Shown here in pieces: positions 19,922 through 29,550 of a stretch of 64,000 nucleotides of DNA. The stretch spans positions 450,976 through 514,975 of the forward strand of contig CAVROO010000014.1 in the NCBI GenBank assembly GCA_963722765.1, in the 5' to 3' direction. The first letter of the stretch is position 1. Every line of letters starts with the position of its first letter. Under the pieces are notes generated by a model. The model saw only the letters and a list, made by a program, of their open reading frames with translations. It was not told where the DNA came from and made no database searches. Position numbers and translations under genes: made by a program. The DNA comes from an uncultured Acidobacteriota bacterium. GTDB lineage: Bacteria > Acidobacteriota > Vicinamibacteria > Marinacidobacterales > DATDRI01.

Positions 19922-21287
19922 TCAATCAGGCGACAACCAACCGGTTCGGCCTTTCGGAGTTTCGACATACAGATATTCTCCGTACCGACCGAGTACGAGC
20001 ACTTCCTCGCCCGGTTCGATGCGCTCCATGACTGAAGCTTTTCCGGAAGGTTGGTCGAAGACCGACTGTTCCGCTGATACGGGCTCGCGCTTGAGAGGCT
20101 CGTTGACTGGCTCTACTCCGCGGGCGGTCACGTAACCTGACAGACCGCCGGGGAGACTAACTCGATACATTCCGCCCGTTCCGGCCTGGACCAGAAGCGG
20201 GGTGTGGAGCTCGAGCTCTTTGAATGACGGCTTTCGCCGATCGGGAACGGGTCGCAGAGAAACCTCATCGACGTTGGTTCGAACCCAGTTCCCCAAAACA
20301 TCGAGCGCTGCCCTCACTTCTGGAGGCTTTTGGGCAGGTTGATGAATGAAAGAATAAGGGTCGATGGGGCCTTCGCCTCGCACGTATATGCCGAAGTGAA
20401 GATGCGGCGCCGTGGTCCTGGCGTTTCCGGAGTTGCCAACGGTGCCGATCGTCTCTCCGGGTTCGACCCAACTGTCTTCCTCGACTTGCTGTGTTTCGAG
20501 ATGGGCGTAGTAGATGTGTAACGAGCGTGTTTGATCGTGCAGCCACACGACCCGGCCGCCCAGTTCCCAATTCGTGACACGCCGGACCAAGGCGCGTGAC
20601 GTGGCGACCACGGGAGTATGTCGTGGAGCAAAGATATCGACTCCGTGGTGTTTCCTTCGACCGGCGTCGCGCGGCAAGCCGAAGCCGCTCAAGATGGCTC
20701 CGGAATCGCGACCTTCGACCGGGAACTCGAGCGAAGCCACATTGCGAATGACGACGGAGCATTGTCCACCGCGCAAAAGCTCGGCCTGAAGCCGCAACAC
20801 GTACTCTCTGTCCCTACGCGGCTCGAAGGCGAGTCGCATTTCGTTTTCAGGTCCACTGGCTACATGTACCGGGTTGCCCTCAGCCTCGTTCGACCAGACG
20901 AAAGAGATCGATGAACATCCGGAAAGACCCGGTTTCGTTCAGCTCGATCCGGGCTTCCATTCTCTGGCCGCGGGCGACGTGAAAACGATAGCCCACGGCG
21001 AAGGCCTGGGCGCGGTTGACGAAGAAGGTCTCTCGAAACGGTGTATCTACCCCGATGGCCTCGTTGATCGAGTGGCGGGCGGCCGCGAGCCAGTCCTTCC
21101 CGAGAGCCGTTTCGTCGAGGCCTGCTTGTTCGAGTCCGTGAGCGTAGGCATCGTGCGCCGAAGAAGGAATGTACGGTTCGGGAACGATCTCGTCTTTGCA
21201 GCCGGCAAGGGTAAGCGCCAGTAATGGGGCCGCCAGAAGGTAGATGAGGCCGAATCCATGGTGGTGATTTCTACAGTCCAAATACAC
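19922..21287 (-). CDS. M23 family metallopeptidase lipoprotein with C-terminal SH3-like domain; 1 frame disruption
   Basis: The lipobox is 'LLALTLAGC'. M23 motifs 'HHGVDIFAP' and 'APHLHFGIY' are present. The N-terminal part (to 20880) lies in another frame, with the shift at about 20895. The GTG/TTG start is at about 21287/21281. Confidence 0.75.
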
Positions 21288-21404
21288 TCTCCACGCGGTT
21301 TTGGGCGGGAGAGAGCCCGCCTGGTTCCATTGTAAATGCTCCGGAGGATTGAGGCGAGCATACCTGGAATGCCCCCTCTTTTGTGCAGCGACAGCATCTG
21401 TTAA

Positions 21405-21713
21405 CCCTAATCCGACAATAAACTCAGGGTAAATTGCAGGAAAAACGGGGACAGGTCCCTTTTTGGCAAAGACAACGGTCCACCAAAAACGGACCTGTCC
21501 CTGTTTTTCCAGTAATTTGCGTAGATTTCGTGAGCTCGGATTAGGGTTCGCCCTGAAGCGAACACGAGCCAATAAAGCCATTGCGTAAAGACACATTAGA
21601 ACGGCTTCATAGATGAGTGAATCACAGACCCCTTTCCCAAGAATAGCCGCCACTATCATGGCTTTTGTTGCGTCTGCCAAAGCTGATACGCTTTAATTAT
21701 TGTCGCTTCAGGG
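21405..21713 (+). mobile_element. MITE copy 2 (309 bp, TTAA target duplication)
   Basis: CCCTAATCCGACAATAA...TTATTGTCGCTTCAGGG, flanked by TTAA at 21401-21404 and 21714-21717. It differs from copy 1 by only a few substitutions and is intergenic. Confidence 0.75.
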
Positions 21714-21779
21714 TTAAAATCTCTCAAACGTCAGAATGTTCGACAACCCGTCCAGGCTTTGGAAAGGGAGTGTTTTGCA

Positions 21780-22592
21780 ATGATAGCCAAGCGGTTCATT
21801 ATTTGTCTGTTTGCAATTTCAATACTCGTCTCCACCACGCCGGCCCGTGCGGGGTCGGAGGAATGGCCGGTCCTTCAGCGCATCGTCAAGAGCGGCGAGA
21901 TCCGTGTCGGGATGTCGGGCGCTCAAGCGCCGTTCAATGCTAAAAACCGTCTAGGGGAGCTCATAGGTTTCGAGGTCGATTTGGCGAAAATGATGGCTCA
22001 ATCGATGGGTGTGGAAGTCGAGTTCGTGGTCAAGCCGTTCCCCGAGCTTTTGCCCGCTTTAAAGGCGTCGGAAGTCGATATCGTGATGTCGGGTGTCGCC
22101 ATCACCGCCGAGCGTAGCCTGAATGCCGTGTTTGTGGGCCCGTACATGCTTTCGGGAAAGTCGATTTTGACAAATTCATCCGATCTCGCGGCAGCCGGAT
22201 CGGTCGATGAGCTCGACCACGCCGACATCACAGTCGCGGCGCTTCGGAACTCGACGAGCGAAGCTTTCGTGAAAAATAAACTCCCCAAGGCGAAGCTGGT
22301 CACAACCGAAGATCATGACGCGGCGATTCAAATGGTCATCAAAGACGAAGTTGACGCGCTCGTCGCTGATATGCCGGCTTGCTTGCTCGCGGTCCTCCGC
22401 TATCCGGATCAACTCGAGACGCTTTCAGCGCCCCTGACCGTCGAGCCCATCGGTATCGCGGTTCCGGCCAGCGAGCTACCCTTACAGAGTCTTCTCAAAA
22501 ATTACTTGGATGCTTTCGAAGATTCCGGCATTCTGGAGTTTCTAAGGGTTCAATGGCTGGAAAACGGAGACTGGGTTGCCGAGCTCCCATAG
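21780..22592 (+). CDS. amino-acid ABC transporter substrate-binding protein (family 3 SBP)
   Basis: Starts MIAKRFIICLFAISILVSTTPARAGS (signal). Typical SBP_bac_3 segments follow: 'GEIRVGMSGAQAPFN', 'GFEVDLAKMMA', 'DIVMSGVAIT'. Confidence 0.85.
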   Translation: MIAKRFIICLFAISILVSTTPARAGSEEWPVLQRIVKSGEIRVGMSGAQAPFNAKNRLGELIGFEVDLAKMMAQSMGVEVEFVVKPFPELLPALKASEVDIVMSGVAITAERSLNAVFVGPYMLSGKSILTNSSDLAAAGSVDELDHADITVAALRNSTSEAFVKNKLPKAKLVTTEDHDAAIQMVIKDEVDALVADMPACLLAVLRYPDQLETLSAPLTVEPIGIAVPASELPLQSLLKNYLDAFEDSGILEFLRVQWLENGDWVAELP

Positions 22593-22598
22593 GCTTTC

Positions 22599-24137
22599 TT
22601 ATTGGATTTCCCACTTGGAGAGATCCACGGTTTTCATGAAGGTGTGGACGTCGGCCAGGACGGCGTCGGCGCTGCGCTCTCGGCCTTCCAAGTAAAAGAC
22701 GAAGTCGAACTGTTCGTCCGACGTACCGTACTCAACTTTGAACGCGCGGGCGATTTCGTTGGCCGGAAGCGTGGGCCGGCCTGCCACCCGGATGGGCTCT
22801 AGGTCCAAGCCGGGCTCTTGATTCATGGGACGGTAGCTTCGCCAGACCACCTCGGTACAGACGAGAGTGTTGTCGGTAGCAAAATCAAAATCAAAATCAT
22901 AAGGTCGATCCAGGTACTCGAAAGCACGTGCAATCGCCCGTGCCTTGACCCAGAGAGGAAGCTGGGGTCGGAGCACGGCAAGATGATCGCCGGCGGCGTG
23001 GTAGAGGGAGCTTTGAGAGACGCCTTCGCTCACCGCCTCGATGACGACGAGTGATTCCGCGTCGGTCTCAGAGAGTGAACGCTCTCGCCAGGCCAACGGA
23101 AAGGACTCGGCCAGATAACGTGAGAACGTGGTCTTCCGGCCTGTCTCACTCTCGATCCAATCGAGAACATCCCCATCGTTGTCGTAGGTAGTCGCTAGAT
23201 CTTCGTTGGATCCAACGTATAGGGCTGCATGAGGCCAGAAGCCGGGCAGGCCGATGTTGGACAGGTACCAGTTCTTCCGGCTCAGCATGACATCCCCGGG
23301 AACGAGCTCCGCTGCCATCTCGTTGGTGTGATCCGGTCGGATGAGGTATTTTCCGGCCCTCTTGACTCGGAAATCACCCATCCACTCCGCCACCTGTGCT
23401 TGAACGGGAAAGGTCAGGTGCTTGAGCCGCCGTTTGATGGGTGCGAAATCGGCAGCTACGGACAGCATCGCGATCTCCCGTTTTCGTCGTTTCTCGATAG
23501 AAACGAGAAGTTGCTCGACCTCAATCCACAGCCAGCGGTAGTTGCCGGCAACGGCGTGGTGGTTGGCATCGGCAAGCTTGGTCAGGTAGGACAAGTACTG
23601 CTTGCCGGCCAGAACTCGGGTCAGGTCCGTAATACCGGCAAGTTCTTCGCGAACGAATGCGACGCTGTCGCGCCGGATTCCTTTTTCAGGACGTGCGACG
23701 TTCAGGAACCTGACGACATGAGGATTGCGTTCGAGCAGATCGATGAGCCGGGCGGTCGCGTCATAGAGGGCCAGTTCCGAGGCAAACGTGAGAAGGTAGC
23801 TGCGAATATGCCGGTCCTTTTCCCTGCCGGATAGACCGAAGCGATAGTAGTCTTCGTAGAACCTGCGAATCTGATCGAGAGCGAAGGCGGTTTCGATGTA
23901 GCTCGTCCAGACGTCGAGAACGAGTTGCTCCTCGCTGGGTGTCAGTACTCGCGGATGGGTCGCGTTGAAAATTCCCTCTTCGCCCTCGAGCAGTGCGATC
24001 GTACGCTCGAGATTACGGCGCAGGTCGCGGTAGTGGCTGGCATCGAGTGCATGCGCGCGGAGAAGATCGGCGGGTGCCAAGGAAGTCAGAGCAGTCGGAC
24101 GATTGAGCAACCAAATTGCGACGATGGCCCCAAGCAC
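22599..24137 (-). CDS. membrane-anchored protein with C-terminal YiiX-like permuted NlpC/P60 (papain-like) domain
   Basis: 512 aa with an N-terminal TM segment. The C-terminal 'GDVMLSRKNWYLSNIGLPGFWPHAALYVG ... VIEAVSEGV ... YDFDFDFATDNTLVCTEVVWRSY' resembles the YiiX/permuted papain fold. The call is from memory. Confidence 0.45.
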   Translation of the reverse strand: MLGAIVAIWLLNRPTALTSLAPADLLRAHALDASHYRDLRRNLERTIALLEGEEGIFNATHPRVLTPSEEQLVLDVWTSYIETAFALDQIRRFYEDYYRFGLSGREKDRHIRSYLLTFASELALYDATARLIDLLERNPHVVRFLNVARPEKGIRRDSVAFVREELAGITDLTRVLAGKQYLSYLTKLADANHHAVAGNYRWLWIEVEQLLVSIEKRRKREIAMLSVAADFAPIKRRLKHLTFPVQAQVAEWMGDFRVKRAGKYLIRPDHTNEMAAELVPGDVMLSRKNWYLSNIGLPGFWPHAALYVGSNEDLATTYDNDGDVLDWIESETGRKTTFSRYLAESFPLAWRERSLSETDAESLVVIEAVSEGVSQSSLYHAAGDHLAVLRPQLPLWVKARAIARAFEYLDRPYDFDFDFATDNTLVCTEVVWRSYRPMNQEPGLDLEPIRVAGRPTLPANEIARAFKVEYGTSDEQFDFVFYLEGRERSADAVLADVHTFMKTVDLSKWEIQ

Positions 24138-24215
24138 GAAAGCGATGAAAGTTCCGGCTAGGATCGTTGCGCGTCGGCGAGTCCGGACCCGTCGTATTTG
24201 GATTCTGATTTTCGG

Positions 24216-24671
24216 TCACCTCTTCTCGTCCTTCAATTTCCCCATCAGGCGGTGCAACACGCCTGCCCCTCCATACATCGCGTCTGGAACAATAGGGGGA
24301 CGGAAATCGGGACGCTTGAGTATGGCGCGGAGCTCAACTTTCTGCTCGTCGGATGTTAGAAAATTGACGCCGTGGACGAAAGTGGAGACTCCGATGGCTT
24401 CGGTTTCGTCGCGGCTCCAAATAACCTCCGCTTCGGTGGTGAAAGGCGGTTTGTCGGAATCGATCTCGATCTCGAGAACGAATCGTGAGCCACGTTCGAA
24501 GTGACCGCTGCAGACCACACATGCGCCCGCGTCGGAGATGTTGGCGAGCATTCCGCGTGTTTGCGAGCCACTACAATCGATCGAGACTGCGACCGATCCC
24601 GTGGGCACCAAGCGCGGCCATTGACGTGGCGGAAAGTACTTACCCATTTTTGCTTCCCTCGATTGATCCAA
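24216..24671 (-). CDS. PilZ domain protein (putative c-di-GMP receptor)
   Basis: The RxxxR motif 'PRQWPR' and the D/NxSxxG motif 'ANISDAG' occur at the expected spacing. Confidence 0.7.
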   Translation of the reverse strand: MDQSREAKMGKYFPPRQWPRLVPTGSVAVSIDCSGSQTRGMLANISDAGACVVCSGHFERGSRFVLEIEIDSDKPPFTTEAEVIWSRDETEAIGVSTFVHGVNFLTSDEQKVELRAILKRPDFRPPIVPDAMYGGAGVLHRLMGKLKDEKR

Positions 24672-24878
24672 TCATGATGTCCGATCACGGAATACAGAGC
24701 TTACGCAACTCGCGGGCCAGTTTACCATCTGAGCAGAAAAAACAACTAACCTTTCCTTGACAACGAGTTAGGAAAAGCTCAGGTTGGGGACGGTTTGCCG
24801 CTTGTGGTGGAAAAACCACGCGCCGGAGCACAGAATGATCAGATATGATCCTCTTCTCTTCGTAAAAGGAGGTGCCCC

Positions 24879-26045
24879 ATGACCCGTTGGCCGCGAATGA
24901 CCCTTGCCGGTGGTCCGGTGGAAGCGACGCCCCGGACGCTGCGCGATCAATCTCGCCCGGTGCTCTATCACTACGATCCGGCCTTCATCGATTTTTTTTC
25001 GCACACCTGCGACCTTCTTCAAAAGGTCTATCGCACGAGCAATGACGTCGTCATCATGCAGGGTGAAGCGATTCTGGGACTCGAAGCCGCGGCCGCCAGC
25101 CTGATTGCGCCCGGGGACAAAGTCCTGAATCTGGTTTCCGGCGTCTTCGGAAAATGGTTCGAAGACTTCATTGTTAAATATGGTGGTGTGCCTATCGAAC
25201 TGGCTGTGCCCTACAACGAGTCGATCGATCCCGAGGATGTCCGAAGAGCACTTCGTGACCGGCCGGACATCAAGTTTCTGTCGGTGGTTCATTCCGAGAC
25301 ACCCTCGGCAACAGTCAATCCGGTCCACGAGATTGGCCCAATCGCTAAGGAGCATGGAGTCATCACGTTGGTGGATACGGTCTCTGGACTGGGCGGTGAA
25401 GTCTTGAGTCCGGAAGAATGGGGCATGGATATCGCCGTTGCGGGTCCGCAGAAGTGCCTAGGAGGTCCTCCCGGACTTTCTCTACTCAGTGTCAGCTCGG
25501 ATGCCTGGAAATCGATGGAGCAACATCCCGCGCCGGTTCGCGGCAGCTTCCTATCGATTTTGGACTGGAGGTCCACTTGGATAGAAAAGCGTCGCTTCCC
25601 CTATACGCCTTCGGTCAGCACGGTTTATGCGCTGGAGTCGGTACTCTCCCAAGTTTTGGAAGAGGGTGTAGAACGCTATGCACAAAACCACGCGACGATC
25701 GCCCGCGCCTGTCGAGCCGGTATCAAAGCGCTGGGTTTAGATCTATGGCCGGCTCGAGAAGCCATTGCAGCCACTTGTGTCACCGGTGTCAAGGTGCCGG
25801 ATGGTATGGAAGACGAGGCGCTGCGCGGGCACATGAGGGATCGATACGGGGTTATGATCTCGGGCGGATACGGAGAGCTGGCCGGCCGGCTCTTTCGTCT
25901 CGGGCACATGGGAATGGCTGCGCATCCGACCTGTCTGGCATCCCAACTCGCCATCTTGGAGCGTAGCTTGCTCGACCTCGGTTTTCCGGTAAAACTCGGT
26001 GCCGGTGTCGGAGCCGCCATGGAAGCACTTGGAGATTGGAAATGA
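24879..26045 (+). CDS. class V pyridoxal-phosphate aminotransferase (alanine-glyoxylate / serine-pyruvate type)
   Basis: 388 aa. 'SVVHSETPSATVNP', 'LVDTVSGLGG' and 'DIAVAGPQKCLGGPPGLS' (the PLP-lysine region) are typical of AGXT-like enzymes. Confidence 0.85.
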   Translation: MTRWPRMTLAGGPVEATPRTLRDQSRPVLYHYDPAFIDFFSHTCDLLQKVYRTSNDVVIMQGEAILGLEAAAASLIAPGDKVLNLVSGVFGKWFEDFIVKYGGVPIELAVPYNESIDPEDVRRALRDRPDIKFLSVVHSETPSATVNPVHEIGPIAKEHGVITLVDTVSGLGGEVLSPEEWGMDIAVAGPQKCLGGPPGLSLLSVSSDAWKSMEQHPAPVRGSFLSILDWRSTWIEKRRFPYTPSVSTVYALESVLSQVLEEGVERYAQNHATIARACRAGIKALGLDLWPAREAIAATCVTGVKVPDGMEDEALRGHMRDRYGVMISGGYGELAGRLFRLGHMGMAAHPTCLASQLAILERSLLDLGFPVKLGAGVGAAMEALGDWK

Positions 26046-26071
26046 TCTGACGCCGTCCCGATGACAGTTAG

Positions 26072-26197
26072 CCCTGACGCGGCATAGCCGCAACCAAAGG
26101 GGTGTCGCGGCTCGCCGCGAGCTATCAGCTGTCAGCAATCAGCGGTCAGCTCCCGGAAAATTGTTTACTTTTTGCATTCAATTTCACTCATCAGGGA
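26072..26197 (+). repeat. repeat B, copy 2
   Basis: It shares the same start (CCCTGACGCGGCA) and end (TTTTTGCATTCAATTTCACTCATCAGGGA) as 5933..6037, with a longer CAGC/GTCAG-word arm. It is preceded by TTAG. Confidence 0.55.
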
Positions 26198-26354
26198 CTA
26201 ATCCGACAATAAACTCAGGGTAAATTGCAGGAAAAACGGGGACAGGTCCCTTTTTGGCAAAGACAACGGTCCACCAAAAACGGACCTGTCCCTATTTTTC
26301 CAGTTTAGAACGACTTCATCAAAGCTGATTCGCTTATTTATTGTCGCTTCAGGG
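26198..26354 (+). mobile_element. MITE copy 3 (157 bp, two internal deletions), abutting repeat B
   Basis: CTAATCCGACAATAA, the core hairpin, ...tagaacgacttcat..., then TTATTGTCGCTTCAGGG followed by TTAA. The first 2 nt of the left TIR are replaced by the repeat B junction. Confidence 0.65.
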
Positions 26355-26570
26355 TTAAAGGTAGACATACGAGGTATTTGAGCCATAGACTCGGTCCCCG
26401 ATCTGTTTCCCCAAAAAACTGGTATGCTGGTTGCAAAGGCTTTCCTCACACACACAAAAAACGTCCTGTCGTTTTGGACTCACATTTAGGCTTCGGGCGA
26501 GCGAGAACCGGTTCGTCGAACTCACAGAACCCGTGCGTCCATGTAGCGGCACCTGTTCAAGAATCACGAA

Positions 26571-26878
26571 GTGTGGATAATGAGCGCTACTACGGTCAAG
26601 CCACGTATCGGATCAACGACTATTTCGAAGTCGGGAGCTACTATTCCGTTGATATCGACAATAGGGATGACCGGAAGGGCGAGACCTACGACCCTCCCCA
26701 CTCGGCTTTTCAAAAAGATCTGGCAGCCTGCGTTCGTATTGACCTACTTCGCTACCTGATTTTCAAGGTGGAGTACCACAACGTGGACGGCACTTTGTCG
26801 GTTATGAATTTGGCGAACCTGGAAGGTACCGAGCAGAAATGGCAATACCTGGTGACCAAGGTTACCTTCGCGTTTTGA
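26571..26878 (+). pseudogene. remnant of a porin-like gene (leader fused directly to the last about 100 codons)
   Basis: gaagtgtggat|aatgagcgctactac joins the equivalent of 27751-27761 to the equivalent of about 28686. The C-terminal ERYYGQATYRINDYFEVGSYYSVDIDNRDDRKGETYDPP...VTKVTFAF parallels 28686..28985. Confidence 0.75.
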
Positions 26879-26889
26879 GGGTGATTACC

Positions 26890-27348
26890 ATGATGAGAAA
26901 AGCAATGGCTGACAAAAATCTATCTCGATGGTTGCTTGGCGCTCTGGTCGTGGCGGTGCTTGGGCTCGCTGGTCGCGACGCCGCGGCCGCCATGGCTTCG
27001 ACCGTCGTCATCGCGAACGAGGATGTGTCGGCGAACGAGATCGCGAAAAGAGAGTTGCAGAAGATTTTTCTGGGGCGCTCAACTCAGTTCGGCGGCCAGA
27101 GGTTGGTGGTGGTCACTCTTGGGAACGGATCCTCTCATGAGGCCTTCACTGAAGATTACCTCCAGATGACGCCGCAGCAGTTCACGAACCACTGGAGAAA
27201 GATCGTGTTCTCGGGAACGGGCAAAGAGCCTCGGGCCTTCGACTCGGAGGCGGGACTGGTGGCCTTTGTTGCGAGGACGCCGGGTGCGATTGGCTATATC
27301 AGTTCAGGCGCGTCCCATTCAGGGGTCAAGACTCTCAAAGTGAACTAG
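26890..27348 (+). CDS. small periplasmic PstS/PBP-like half-domain protein, copy 1
   Basis: 152 aa with a signal (LLGALVVAVLGLAGRDAAAA). 'VVIANEDVSANEIAKRELQKIFLGRSTQFGGQRLVVVTL ... TPGAIGYISSG' resembles the C-lobe of phosphate-type periplasmic binding proteins. It is a paralogue of 28998..29447. Confidence 0.6.
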   Translation: MMRKAMADKNLSRWLLGALVVAVLGLAGRDAAAAMASTVVIANEDVSANEIAKRELQKIFLGRSTQFGGQRLVVVTLGNGSSHEAFTEDYLQMTPQQFTNHWRKIVFSGTGKEPRAFDSEAGLVAFVARTPGAIGYISSGASHSGVKTLKVN

Positions 27349-27354
27349 CAGCTT

Positions 27355-27416
27355 GGAAGAATGGAATGGTGGAGTGATGATCCCACCGTTCCACCGTTCC
27401 AATATTCCATCCTTCC
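27355..27416 (+). terminator. GGAATGG-word hairpin downstream of copy 1
   Basis: ggaagaatggaatggtggag...ctccaccgttccaatattccatccttcc, an imperfect inverted repeat 7 nt after the stop. No T-tract, so its function is inferred. Confidence 0.35.
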
Positions 27417-27776
27417 AGTCGTTGGGCGGCTAGTCGATCCTCCTGAGGTTTTTCTACCACAGCAATTTGCGACGTAACATTAAAAAATAAAGTCTCTCCC
27501 TCGATGACCGAAATGTCCTTTCTCCGCGAACAAGTAGGAAGACCTAAATATGAGAGGCATTCGCGTCAGACTCGGTTTGTTACCCACTTTTCGGGCTAAA
27601 ACGGTACGCAGGTTGCAGGACCCAATCCAAACACTAGCAAAACGTCCTGTTGTGTAGGACTCACTCTTGGTTCTCGCGTGAGCGCGAATTCGCTTGCCGA
27701 ACCGTCGAGCTCACAAAAATTCGTGTGTCCTTGAAAGGACGCTATTTCGCGAAGTGTGGATGTGGAGGCCACCGAT

Positions 27777-28985
27777 ATGAGAAACAGAATCGTTTTCGTT
27801 GTATCTCTTGCTCTCCTTTCCGGGTGGGCGGCGACAGGCGCGGCGGAAGAAGAGCAGGATCAAGACCAAGTCGGCAGTTTCTCCGACAAGTTCGAGATCC
27901 ATGGATTCGGGAGTCTCGGTTTCGTTGGTTCGACGGAGAACAACTACCTGACCGAATCCCTGGGAGGAAGCTTGGATTTCGTGGAGGCGGCGATCAATGC
28001 CGGATTCGATATCACAGACGACCTCCGCGTGGGAGCCCAACTTTTCGTCGGCAATTTGGGAGAGTATGGGAACTATGAACCGTTGCTCGATTGGGCTTAT
28101 CTCGATTGGCGGCCCAAAAACTGGGTCGGTGTTCGTGCGGGTAAGTTCAAGAGACCCCTCGGATTCTACAACGAGGTCCGCGACGTCGATGCAGCCAGGA
28201 CGTTCGCTCTCCTGCCGCAGAGCATCTACAACGTCGCCTACCGTGATTTCTTTTTGGCCGCGACGGGTGCTTCCGTCTACGGCAACCTCGAGCTGGGCTC
28301 AGGAGGGGATTTGGACTACCTGGCCTATTATGGGCGAAGCGACATTCGAACCGATGGGTCGCTCGCTCTGTCCTTGAAGGACGATCAGGTCATGTCCATG
28401 ACGGCTGCCGACAATCAGTTCAGCCCGGGATTCGGTCTCGTTTGGCACACTCCACTGGAAGGTTTTCGAACCGGCCTGACCTTGACGACGGTCTTGACCG
28501 ACATTGACGGCGACTTGAGCCCGTTCATGCAAATGCTCGGTATGCCTCCCACCACGAACTTCGCGGTTGATGCCAGGACCTGGGCCTATTCCGCCGAGTA
28601 CAGAGCCGGCTCTTGGGTCGCTACCGGTGAGTACAGTTGGTCGGGGGGACAGGTGAGCAGCCCGTTTTTCGTAAACCCGTTCAACAGTGAGCGGTATTAC
28701 GGTCAGGTGACTTATCGCATCAACCGCTATTTCGAGGTTGGCAGCTACTATTCCGTTGATATCGACAATAGGGATGACCGGAAGGGCGAGACCTACGACC
28801 CTCCCCACTCGGCTTTTCAAAAAGATCTGGCAGCCTGCGTTCGTATTGACCTACTTCGCTACCTGATTTTCAAGGTGGAGTACCACAACGTGGACGGCAC
28901 TTTGTCGGTTATGAATTTGGCGAACCTGGAAGGTACCGAGCAGAAATGGCAATACCTGGTGACCAAGGTTACGTTCGCATTTTGA
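27777..28985 (+). CDS. outer-membrane beta-barrel porin-like protein
   Basis: 402 aa. It has the signal MRNRIVFVVSLALLSGWAATGAAEE, alternating aromatic/polar beta-strand patterns, and a C-terminal 'VTKVTFAF' ending in Phe, as in OM beta-barrels. The specific family is not recognised. Confidence 0.6.
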   Translation: MRNRIVFVVSLALLSGWAATGAAEEEQDQDQVGSFSDKFEIHGFGSLGFVGSTENNYLTESLGGSLDFVEAAINAGFDITDDLRVGAQLFVGNLGEYGNYEPLLDWAYLDWRPKNWVGVRAGKFKRPLGFYNEVRDVDAARTFALLPQSIYNVAYRDFFLAATGASVYGNLELGSGGDLDYLAYYGRSDIRTDGSLALSLKDDQVMSMTAADNQFSPGFGLVWHTPLEGFRTGLTLTTVLTDIDGDLSPFMQMLGMPPTTNFAVDARTWAYSAEYRAGSWVATGEYSWSGGQVSSPFFVNPFNSERYYGQVTYRINRYFEVGSYYSVDIDNRDDRKGETYDPPHSAFQKDLAACVRIDLLRYLIFKVEYHNVDGTLSVMNLANLEGTEQKWQYLVTKVTFAF

Positions 28986-28997
28986 GGGTGGATTACC

Positions 28998-29447
28998 ATG
29001 AGAAGAAAAGCAATGGCTGATAGACGGCGGTCTCGATGGTTGCTCGGCTCTCTTGCCCTGGCGCTGCTCGGACTAGCCGCTCAAAACGCCGTGGCCGCGA
29101 CCGTCGTCATCGCGAATGAGGACGTGTCAGCGGACACGATCGCAAAAAGGGAGTTGCAGAAGATCTTTCTGGGACGCTCGACTCAGTTCGGCGGCCAGAA
29201 GTTGATCGTGGTTACGCTCGGAAACGGCTCCTCTCACGAGGCCTTCACGGAAGATTACCTCCAGATGACGCCCCAGCAGTTCACGAACCATTGGAGAAAG
29301 ATCGTGTTCTCGGGAACGGGCAAAGAGCCTCGGGCCTTTGATTCGGAGGCGGAACTGGTGGCCTTCGTTGCCCGGACGCCGGGTGCGATTGGATACGTCA
29401 GTTCAGGAGAGTCCCATTCAGGGGTCAAAACTCTAAAAGTGAACTAA
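28998..29447 (+). CDS. small periplasmic PstS/PBP-like half-domain protein, copy 2
   Basis: 149 aa, roughly 85-90% identical at nucleotide level by eye to copy 1. Confidence 0.6.
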   Translation: MRRKAMADRRRSRWLLGSLALALLGLAAQNAVAATVVIANEDVSADTIAKRELQKIFLGRSTQFGGQKLIVVTLGNGSSHEAFTEDYLQMTPQQFTNHWRKIVFSGTGKEPRAFDSEAELVAFVARTPGAIGYVSSGESHSGVKTLKVN

Positions 29448-29453
29448 AAGCTT

Positions 29454-29529
29454 GGAAGAATGGAATAAAGGAGTGATGGAATGATGGGGTGACGCCCACC
29501 ATTCCAGTCTTCCATTATTCCACCCTTCC
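29454..29529 (+). terminator. GGAATGG-word hairpin downstream of copy 2
   Basis: ggaagaatggaataaaggagtgatggaatgatgggg...cccaccattccagtcttccattattccacccttcc. It is paralogous to 27355..27416. Confidence 0.35.
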
Positions 29530-29550
29530 AACATTCAACCAGCGTTAGTG

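Noticed and set aside
26636-28972. The identical and near-identical repeat pair in the porin C-terminus as a diversity-generating retroelement template/variable repeat pair.
   Set aside because: The central tract has zero differences. The flanking differences involve all four bases rather than adenine-specific changes. No reverse transcriptase gene is present in the window.
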